A stretch of DNA of 64,000 nucleotides from Eledone cirrhosa (Eukaryota): contig OZ024743.1 of the NCBI GenBank assembly GCA_964016885.1, positions 112,158,001-112,222,000 of the forward strand. Direction: 5' to 3'. Below are positions 53,535 through 64,000 of this stretch, piece by piece (position 1 is the first letter of the stretch; every line of letters begins with the position of its first letter). The position numbers were made by a program, and so were the translations under genes. Under the pieces are notes generated by a model. That model had not been told where the DNA came from, did not search any database, and worked only from the letters and a program-made list of their open reading frames with translations.

Positions 53535-53880
53535 ATCAATATTGTTCTGCGTTCAAGTCCTGTTACGGTCAACTTTTCCATTCATCATTCCGGATTCATT
53601 ATAATATATTACCAGTCAAGTACCAGGTTAGATTTAATTTAAATCTGCTAGCTTTGAGCCGAAATTAGAATTCATTATTGTTATTGTGTTGTGGATTGGC
53701 AGTATCGGTAGAGGGTCGGACGCCATGCTTTGACGCATAGAGTTACGGCTCTTGCCATTCTGAGTTCAAATCCCGCCGAGGTTAACTTTGCCTTTCATCC
53801 TTACGGGGGTCGATAAAATAAAGTACCAGTAATGCACTGGGTAATTTGCTAGCCTTGTGCCAAAAGTAGAAACAATTATT
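53535..53880 (+). mobile_element. Old SINE remnant (~53535-53675) followed by a young full-length SINE (~53690-53880)
   Basis: The young copy is near consensus, with TSD attattgt..ttgtgttgt. Confidence 0.85.
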
Positions 53881-54286
53881 GTCGTTGTGTTGTTATTGAA
53901 GTTGGTGATTTAATTATTGTTGGTTGTGTTATTGATGTTGTTGTATAAGCCCAGACCAGACTCCCTCTCCCTCTCGAGTTGTTCTATGGCATGCAGCTCG
54001 TCCCGCAATCAGTAAAGCATGACCCACAAATCGTCTCATACTCTATATTACCACTAAGCAGAGAAATACACTAGGTATTCCTACAGTTATTTATAATGGA
54101 TACGTATTGTCTCCACCACCCTTGCCTATTCCTGTACACTCGTCGATTCTAGTGGTTATCTGGGTGAGGGCATAGTAGGTGGATTTCTTAGAGCACACAA
54201 GTTGCTGTTCCTATGCATTGGGTGGTAATAAACATTTCCGTTTTTCTTAAGCATTGATTTTATAGCCGATGTGTATCATGTTCCTC

Positions 54287-54359
<73 letters not shown>

Positions 54360-55399
54360 CCATTGCAGGCCGCTTGAATAAAATATATATTGATATATGT
54401 AGGAGTATTTGCTTTGTTGTCTGGGCATAACTCCTGTTAGTGTTGTAGGGGTGTCGCAAAGACATGCAGTGTATATTGGCCATATTTAACATGATACAGC
54501 CCATTTTCTGAGAGTCCTACCAATTGGAAAATCTTAAAATAATATCATAACAAATGAACACACCGTATTTAATATGAAATTTCTGAAACAATGTGCTGTT
54601 TCAAAACATTTTGCCATGTGCATCCTGGTAAAATGAAATTAATACTACACACGCTAACTCTTTCATCCAGCTCTCTGTCGGGTCTGCTTTCACCCAGTTC
54701 AGTTTTCCTCACAACACGCTCTGATCGATCGACAAGTTCCCAGACATCATTCGCTTACGAGTTGGGTGGACCCCGTCAAATCGGACCAAGGAAAGGATGT
54801 TTCCATCGGTCTTTCCATTGCTGATACTATCTACCGGTCGCAACTCCTGGCAGAAAGAGCAAGTGTCTTTCTTAAGGACACCACGCATCACCCGGTCCGA
54901 AAATTGAACTGGCACCCTCACGATTGCGAGTCCAACTCTCAATCCACTAAGCCACGCGCACCTTCACAACTAGCTCATGCAAATATATCTATGATTCATA
55001 GATGCTTTCGTGTTGTTTACTAGGCTGCTAACTCATACTTATTTATAAAAAAAAAGTTAGTGGGTGGTCCGAAAATAAAAACTGTTATCTAAACTGTAAA
55101 GTATATTTTTGGCATGCACAGGGATTTATTGTCAATACCAGGTTGTTAACATTGAATGTTGAAATTGCTAGTGGTTTGTTTCTTTTTTTCTTAGGCGCCC
55201 CAGTTTAACCATTATTCATCAAACACGTAATTGAATATCCTAGCATGACCCTAAACGTCTTTAGAGTTATATAGAACCATATTATTCAATATGTTCTGCC
55301 TTCTTTAAAATAGAGGAATTTGACTTCTGTTTCTCTCTCTGGCGGAGCAAACACACTGAGCCTTCATTATTGAATAGACTTTTTGTTATTGTTGCTAAT

Positions 55400-55760
55400 A
55401 ATTATTTCTACTTTAGGCACAAGGCCAGCAATTAACCAGTGCATTACTGGTACTTTATTTTATCGACCCCGTAAGGATGAAAGGCAAAGTCAACCTCGGC
55501 GGGATTTGAACTCAGATCGTAAAGGGACGTAGCTATGCTGGAAAGCATGGCGTCCGACCCTCTACTGATACTGCCAATCCACCGCCCTTATTGTTGCTAA
55601 TAATGATTTCTACTTAGGCACAAGGCCAGCAATTTGATGGAGGAGGAAGGATGAAAGGCAAAGCTAACCTCGGCGGGATTTGAACTCAGAACGTAAAGGG
55701 TTGTAACTATGCTACATAGCATGGTGTCTGACACTTTACCGATACTGGCAATTCACGGTC
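55400..55760 (-). mobile_element. Two tandem co-oriented SINEs (~55400-55588, ~55600-55760)
   Basis: Family matches. attgttgctaataat occurs before, between and after them. Confidence 0.88.
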
Positions 55761-58186
55761 ATTGTTGCTAATAATGTTTCTGCTTATTTTGCTGTGTTAT
55801 TGCTATTAATGTTTCTGTTTATCTATCTTGCTGGTGTTTCTGTTCTTTAGTCTATGTCAAACCTAAAAAGATCTACCTATGATTAAAACAATACAACCAA
55901 TACATTTCCGTTTTATGTGCAGGGAAACCATGATTACATTAACCAATGTGCCCTTTTTTCAGACGGTGGGATATAATTTGAAAAACGACTTCGCTGCTAT
56001 TTCTAGCAAATAGTCGTTCAATCATTCACTATCGGCTCGTAACTAATAAATGTAAAACAATTTTATATGTGAGCTAGACAAATATATAAATAGCTTTTTC
56101 TGCAAGTCTTTTCGTCATCAACGCATAACCATTACCTTTTTTTTTATTTTAATATATTCCTACGTCTTTTTAAACAAATAAAGCTGGCCTTTTCTTCTAG
56201 CAGTCTCATCAACATCGTATAATTATAATTACAATTTTTAATTTTCTTTTTCAATATATCTCGAGATATATGCACCCTAAATCAGCAGTTAGTGTGGTTT
56301 GAGGGTAGACAAATTAACGACTGTCTACATACTGTCGGACTCGGTGATATAGGGATAAGCAGGGAGAAGAAGGAGTGTAAACTCATTTGATAGAGCGGGA
56401 AATGGGGTGTGAAATATTTAAAAACGGGCGAGACAAAATTTAAACAGCAAGCAATGAGGTGAGAGAAAAGTTAAACAGCAAACAAAGGGAACGATACGGC
56501 AAATTTAGAGAGACATAATGACAGAGAAGATGGATTTAACCTGGCTATTTCCCTTTCAAATCCCCCTCCGCCTCTATGTATTTATTGAGACTTGAAATTC
56601 TCTATTCATGGAAGAGGGAGGAAAGTTTGTTTTTTTCATTTGTTTCAACGTTTGTTATTTAGTTGTTAACGTGTGGATTTTTATAATAATTATTATTATT
56701 TTTATTTGCTGTATGTTTGAAAGTAAAGTCGCAATCGAAACTTGGTCGAGACAATTAAATTGGCATCTCGTTTTTTTTTAGTTTTGTTTAGATTTTCTTT
56801 TTCAGTTACTTTTTTATTTCTTTATTGTTTCTTTCATTATTTAAGTCTTTATTTTCTTTTATATTTGCTCCCTGCTACATCCCAGCCTTTGTTCACCCCT
56901 AATTCCACCCTCCACACCCAATTTTCCGTGTTTTTTCACTGTGAGTCGACAAGCTAATAACTGGAAAACTTCGACATTTATTGGGTTCTGGGATTTTAAC
57001 ATTCCTCTTATTTTGCTTATTTATTCATTCATTTGTTTATTTTTCAACTATTCATTTATTAGCGGCTATTACATACATATATGAGTGTGTGTCGATATGT
57101 GCGTGAGTGTGTCTGTGTGTGAGTGTGTCTGTAATTGTATGTTTGTGTGTATATTTATGTGTGTATACGTATGTATTTCTGTATATGTGTGTGTATATGC
57201 AGAGAAGTTTAGAGTAAAAGGGAAAATGTATATCAGAAGTGAATGAAATATTCGACTGCTTATATTTTTAATATCTTGAAAAACATTGCTATAGATTTTT
57301 TTAATGTCTATGAAAAGAACGACTTTCGTTGTTAGCAATATAGAGAATTTATGGGCCTCGTTATAACCGTTGTTCTTGTTATTTTTCTTCATTCACTACT
57401 TATAACTTTTTTATGTATTTTATACAAAATATCTCTTTTATCTAAATATCTTTTTATACATTAAAAGCATTGAAAAAAATCAAACAAACAAAAATACAAC
57501 TTAAAATCGAAGAGGAATAAATATAAAGATGCAGAAGTAGTGGAAGCGGTATATTGATAATGTGTGAGAGGAGCGAGAGTGTGTTAAATATGTAAAAATG
57601 TTAGAGAGCGTGCGAAAGAAATTTTTATAGAATATGGTTGAAAGACAGACAGCAATACAAAGTGAGACAGAGAGAGAGAAATAGAGTTTTATAAACTTAT
57701 CACGTTTTTTCAAAGGGAGGGCACTGGAGGGCAATGGGAGAAGTTTATGTGGAAATGGAAATTAAAGAGTAGAGAAAAAAAGATGATATGCTCAGTACTG
57801 TGGCATTGGATCTTTGATCCCTATTTCGGTTTGTAAAGCCATTACATCTGCTCTTTCAACTGATACCCTTTAGGGAATGATATGTCTGAAACCAAAATAC
57901 AACATAGATCTTCTTGCTTGTATTTGTACTTATTTTTAGTTGTAACAGTATGCGTGATTATTTTTAGTTTTTAATTCTTTTCATGCCCCTACGTCCGAGC
58001 ATCAACTTTCAAAACACGTTCTGGTCAACTATGCAATTCGTTCAAACAGTATTGATAAATTTGTTTGGAGTTGGTTAGATGTTGTAATAGGAACAAAAAA
58101 CCCAATATGGACGGCCTAATATATATTCCACCCAATGTGTAGACATATCTTGAATTGAATTCCAGAAAAATACGAGAAGGGGAACC

Positions 58187-58224
<38 letters not shown>

Positions 58225-58827
58225 ATTATTTTCGTGTAGAAATTACTTGTACATGGCTAGATTGGTGTATTAATACCCATATTTAGCTGGGGACTTTCTT
58301 CGTTCCATTTCTGAAAACAATACATTTGAGTGTGCGTGTGCCTGTGGAAACTACACACAAAAACTATAACAAGTCGCCACTTAATACTGCTAATTGGACA
58401 TTATTTTTAAATAGAGATTTCTACAAGTTTGCAAATTAGTTTGGTCTATATGACCAATTCCTCTGTTTACTTGTGTCCGGTACCTCAGACTGGAAACATG
58501 GAGCCGACTATACATAACAAATATCTAAAACAGGTTACTGCTTCAACTTTGTTGAAATGTGTCTGTATAATTAAATCATATGAAAGCGCTTGTTTTTCTG
58601 CGTTGGGTTCTTGAACGAGGCAATATTTCATGTTACTCCAGACCAGTCAGCTGAATAAAGAATAAGTTGTACTTACACTGCGTCATGCTAAACCTTCCTG
58701 AAAAGGCTTGGAGTGTTTGCTTATCTCTGGAATGGTTAGCAACATATACGCAGGCAGTCCATTTGATCTAATTAACAGTAATACTCATCATCGGAACCGA
58801 GATTGTATGTGAATTCTATTTAATATT

Positions 58828-59180
58828 TTCTTCTTCTTCTTCTTCTTCTTCTTCTTCTTCTTCTTCGCCCACTTATTCCTGAGAGGATCGTGGGTTAGAG
58901 CCCTCAAACACTCCTTCCAGTGGGTCCTTGCAGAAGCAAACGTCTTCAGCTGATCCGTGGAACCCAGCCAAGCTTATGGATGTTATCCAACCATTTTGCT
59001 CGGGGTCTACCCTTGGGTCCTCTACTGGATTGTTTTACCCGTAAACTCTGTCCAGCGATACTTTCCTGGGACATTCAAACCATATGCACATAGTATCGGA
59101 GTTGCGATCTCTCAATTCGGAGAAGTAGCTACTTTACCTTGAGTGACTCTGATCTCCGAGCTACGCACTCTTACTTTAAT
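58828..59180 (-). mobile_element. RTE-type LINE 3' end with (GAA)n tail
   Basis: Minus strand QLRY.CAYG..., RTQG.RPRAKWLD..., followed by a (GAA)n tail (cttcttctt at 58828-58865). Confidence 0.65.
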
Positions 59181-59390
59181 CAAGTCATCATATTTCGAAT
59201 GGTTGGAGAGTTTGACCACATTACTCCATTTATGTATTTCTTCCGTTATAAATTATACGCAAAAGGTGAAGAATATAGATGATAGAATAGAGTTGGTCAT
59301 GAGAAAATATAACATAAAAAAGCGACTGTTAACGTGACACATAACTTTTTTCAGTAAAGGAAGAAATTGCTCATAGGTTTTGTTTATATA

Positions 59391-59785
59391 ATAATTGTTT
59401 CTACTTTTGGCACAAGGCCAACAATTACCCAGTGCATTACTGGTACTTTATTGTATCGACCCCGTAACGATGAAAGGCAAAGTTAACCTTGACGGGATTT
59501 GAACTCAGACCATAAAGGGGCGTAACTATGCTGGAAAGCATGGCGTCCGACTCTCTACCGATACTGCCAATCCACCTTTATATAATAATGGCTTCTAATT
59601 TAGGCCCGACGCCAGAAATTCTAAGGGAGGGCTTGTGTCGATTATATCGGCCTCAGTACAAAACTATTTTATCGACTGCTGGGTGAGGAAATGCAAATTT
59701 GACCCCGGCGATATTTGAACTCGGAGCATAAAGGAACATAACTAAATACCACAAAGCATTGTATCCAATGTTGTAACTATTCTGT
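59391..59785 (-). mobile_element. Young SINE (~59391-59576) abutting the tail of an older SINE (~59585-59785)
   Basis: Family matches with TSD tttatata(ta)ataat. Confidence 0.85.
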
Positions 59786-61071
59786 AAATAGTTGTAAATA
59801 TTCTGCAAAAACAAAATGGTATATAAAGTACATTAGAAAAAACAGATTGAACTTCTTTTTCGAGATATGAGAAAAGATGTCTAACTAAAATTGTTAAGTT
59901 TTCTTACCAAGTGTCTTAGAACAATTCTTGATTTATAGAGTGTCTTTGACAAACCAGATGAAAGTTATCAATCAAAGAATGTATAAGGAACTTCAATAAA
60001 ATTTGAAAAACTTTCGAAAATTGTCAAAGAAATTTTTCCTGTAATGAAATAACATTTTTAGTCTTTAATTTGAGTGAAACCTTGTAACATGTACATATTT
60101 CTTTGACGACAGTTCAAGTTCAGTTTCACACACACTATATGCACCTGTCTGAAGTTTGAAGCTAAAAAAACATACGAAAGAATAAATAATGCTACAAAAT
60201 TTTCATCAGAACAGGGACAGCTATCTTATAAGACTATTTGGGTGCAAAGAACGCTTAGTGTGTTTGCATACTTTAGAATTGTGTAGAACTTGCGCTACGA
60301 GTTTTCGTTTATTTATTTTTTTTTTTTTCTGATGGATTATGTCGACTAGACATGTAATTAAATTGATCTTTTGAAAAGTGTGTCGGCACATTAAACTAAA
60401 ATAAATTGTAGGACGGAAACAAACAATAATAGTAAAACGAACATACATTTACTCCCTGTACAATTGATTTCTCAGCGGTCAGAATTATGTAGGATTTCTT
60501 TTACAACATCCATCCGTATTTCTTATTCTGTCGTCATTGTTTCATATGGCGCTTGCGCAGAACGTTTGATTCCGTTCTGCCGCTTGTGTACCAAGTTCTG
60601 ATGAACGTCTTTAACATTTCTTCCTAGCTTTACTATCCTACGCTCGTTGTACCTGTTCCAGTGGCGGTATTAAAGCCCTTTACAATCTTTTTATTAAATT
60701 TATTTTGTTGCTGTATTTATTTTCTTCTGTTGTCTGTCAACATACATTCCGTTCTCTGACCCACCTCTTATTCAGTATCTCTGTCTACGTCCCGTGTATC
60801 TATTATGTTATGTTGTATTGCGTATGATTGGAACAAATTGTAAATATGTCTTATTACACACGCCTCGCAGGCGGGTGTAATGATGGAGTCCTCGGGTAAT
60901 TTATGACGGCTTTGAACGTCTTCTTTGTTCACTTACATCATAGGAACAATTTATATTTAATCTTAAAAATTCTAACCAAATCTATTAACTTATCCTAAGA
61001 AATAATTTTTTTTCTCTTTCAAATTCTTTACTAATCTATCCGTCTCGGAGATGAGTGGAATAATGATATGT

Positions 61072-61670
61072 AAATTAGGCACATGGCCAGCAGTTTGATG
61101 GGGAAGTTGATTAAGCCGCTCCAAGTACGTGATTAGTACTCTATTTTGTCGAGCACGGAAACATGAAACGCAGAATTAATCTCGGTGAGATTTTTACTCT
61201 GAAAGTAAAGTGCCGTAACTATATGCCCCAATGAATTTTGTCCGATCCCCTACCAATACTGCCAATCATTGAAACAATTTTGACACATCACCTCCATAAA
61301 AATGGGTTTATAATTGTTTCTACATTTGACACAAGGCCAGCAATGACCCCAGAGCATTACTGGTGGTTTGTTTTATCGACCCCCATAAGGATGAAAGTTA
61401 GCCTCGGCGGGATTTGAACTCAGATCATAAAGGGCCGTGACTCTATGCTGGAAAGCATGGCGTCCGACCCTCTACCGATATTAACAATGGTTTGCTTTAC
61501 TGAAGACGTAGGAAAACAAATTTAAACATTCGAGGGGATAATGAGCAATACTGGAAGGATGAAAAGCAAATTCATTGCCGATGGGAGTTGACTGAATATG
61601 TTTTCCTGGAGAATCGAATATAAATACGTTTTAAGGTATTCAATTGGCGGTGTCATATCATTACTGCCAA
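61072..61670 (-). mobile_element. Cluster of co-oriented SINEs (~61072-61265, ~61311-61481, decayed ~61510-61670)
   Basis: Family matches. aatgg(g)ttt flanks the middle copy. Confidence 0.75.
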
Positions 61671-61835
61671 GTAGTCAGCATAGGCAATTAACAACAAATG
61701 AGAATAAGAATTAGGATACTGTCTACAACCTAGTTCCTTAGAAATAGTTCTGTCTTTTATGTAAAAAAAAAACTGTTAGCTTAGGTGTCTTTTTTATCAC
61801 GTTTCCTGGGAGGTCATAATTATATTTGCCCAGTA

Positions 61836-61878
<43 letters not shown>

Positions 61879-61937
61879 CTTAATACTACTCTATGTCACA
61901 GTACCCTACCTCTCTCTCGTTATATATATATATACAC

Positions 61938-62040
<103 letters not shown>

Positions 62041-62045
62041 TAAAA

Positions 62046-62081
<36 letters not shown>

Positions 62082-62694
62082 AATCTCTCTCTCTTTCTCT
62101 TTCTCTTTCTCTTTCTCTATATATATAAATATATATGTAATCTCGCTCTCCCTCTCTCGACTCACACATATTATTCTGTATATTTATAATAATCTATACA
62201 TCTATACTCTCTGATCTATCCCCACTACACAATATTTTGTTTCTATCTAATTATCTCTGGGTGCGAGCACATGTGCTCATAAACTCCCATGCATGTATAC
62301 CGCTGCATATATATATTTGCTCACACAAACACACAAATATTTCTTGATAGTTCATCTCTCCTATGTACCTCTGTTGTATTTCCATGCTAAACATCAATCT
62401 CATTCACTCCCTCTCTCACAATTCCTTTCGATCTCTTTCACCCTCTCTTTTACATTATCCCTCTATCACACTATTCCTCTCTATTTTTCTCTTACATTAA
62501 TTCTCCACCTATATCTTTTCCATTTGACGTTTTTCGTGTTCTTTTTATTGCTGTTTTCCATACCTTTATTGTTAATGCCACGTTCTATCTTTGACTTTCT
62601 CTCTCCTTCTATCACTCTATCTCTCTTTTCCTATATATATATATATGTGTGTGTGTGTCCTCCCTCTGTCGATTTCTCCTATCCCTTTCTCCCT

Positions 62695-62776
<82 letters not shown>

Positions 62777-63399
62777 TCTCCCTCCGTTTTTAGATATTTC
62801 CCGGCTATGAAATTTAAGGAAACGTTTCGACAACACATACTTTGGTGTTTAAGATTCTAGTGGTGATTCGCTGTCATTCCTATACCCCCGACTTCTAACA
62901 TATCTCCCTATCAGTATATCTCTCTACCACTCCCACCGGCTCACTCTCCCCCACCTCCGCTGGCCCACTCTCTCGGCCACTATTTCTTTATACCTTTATC
63001 TTCCTCTCTGATTTCATCATTTCCACTCCAACTCTCACTCTCAACATCCACCAAAATCAATTCCCCTCCATCAACACCTCACCACCACCATTGATCAACG
63101 AACCAATCCGTCGCCAAACCTCAGCTACAACCAAGTGTGTCATAAGTGACAGTATGTTGGTGTCTATTTCGGTTAATTAAGGTGTCAAAATATCAAACGA
63201 ACGCGCGACACATCGTTAATTCTAGGTTTCGCCATGGAGAAAATAGTAAAAACAAATGAATAAATAACATATAAAATGCAATAACAACAACAAAAATAAC
63301 AATAACCTTACGAAAACAACAAATAAAGACATGAAAACAAAGTTATTGCAAATAGGACATTTTAGGGTTCAACGTAGTTTTGTTTGTGTGGCTTCATAC

Positions 63400-63479
63400 G
63401 TGCACACACACACACACACACACACTTATATATATATATACACACACAAACACACATATATATATACACACACACAAAC

Positions 63480-63514
<35 letters not shown>

Positions 63515-63584
63515 TACACTTATATATATATATATATACATATATATATACACATATACATATATACATATATATACATATATC

Positions 63585-63628
<44 letters not shown>

Positions 63629-63640
63629 CACATATATATT

Positions 63641-63680
<40 letters not shown>

Positions 63681-63699
63681 TATATTCACATATATATAC

Positions 63700-63750
<51 letters not shown>

Positions 63751-63783
63751 TATATACATATATATATATACATATATATATAC

Positions 63784-63870
<87 letters not shown>
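63400..63870. repeat. Compound (TA)n/(CA)n microsatellite, one of dozens in the window
   Basis: Direct observation. Similar tracts at ~4730-5150, 10958-11183, 21285-21465, 25350-25720, 49995-50155, 50681-50940 and 61840-62130. Confidence 0.95.
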
Positions 63871-63872
<2 letters not shown>

Positions 63873-64000
63873 CGTGTGTGTGTGGATCTGTTTCTTTTGT
63901 TTGCTCCTTTCATCATAATCGTTATCAACTTCATCATCATTTATCACCATCATTATCATCATCATCAGAATGATCATTTTTTATTAGCTATTGCTATGTA

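Noticed and set aside
54660-54960. GC-richer patch, possibly a Tx1-like 3' fragment
   Set aside because: Resemblance too weak to call.
61496-61527. CTGAAGA...GAAA hammerhead-like string
   Set aside because: 1-bp stem II and only AT-rich chance pairings. Similar rejects at ~7551, ~27518 and ~33822.

Overview
AT-rich, microsatellite-dense eukaryotic DNA. The repeat families look cephalopod/Octopus-like, which is an inference. I found no supportable host gene, and nearly all ORF-track entries are (TA)n/(CA)n/(GA)n artefacts. The window is mostly retroelements. It holds two Neptune-type Penelope-like elements (PLEs; one nearly intact at ~47.6-49.98 kb), two Naiad-type PLE fragments and several solo, palindromic or tandem PLE pseudo-LTRs (pLTRs). 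It also holds R4/Dong-type, RTE, L1/Tx1 and Jockey-like LINE fragments, a Helitron 3' end and about 20 tRNA-derived SINEs. The main signal missed by the ORF track is a set of type I hammerhead ribozyme (HHR) motifs, folded by hand: 13 with all three stems plus several partial or decayed ones, from about 8 repeat families. Eight lie within 44.7-50.7 kb. Variants include a U3-A8 covariant core, a ~90-nt stem II, recurrent U10.1·U11.1 closure, and U4C and GUAA cores. A non-coding 684-bp tandem unit carries two intact co-oriented HHRs (retrozyme-like) and could release an 885-nt SINE-containing RNA. Ribozyme activity is not shown by sequence alone. Element boundaries are approximate.
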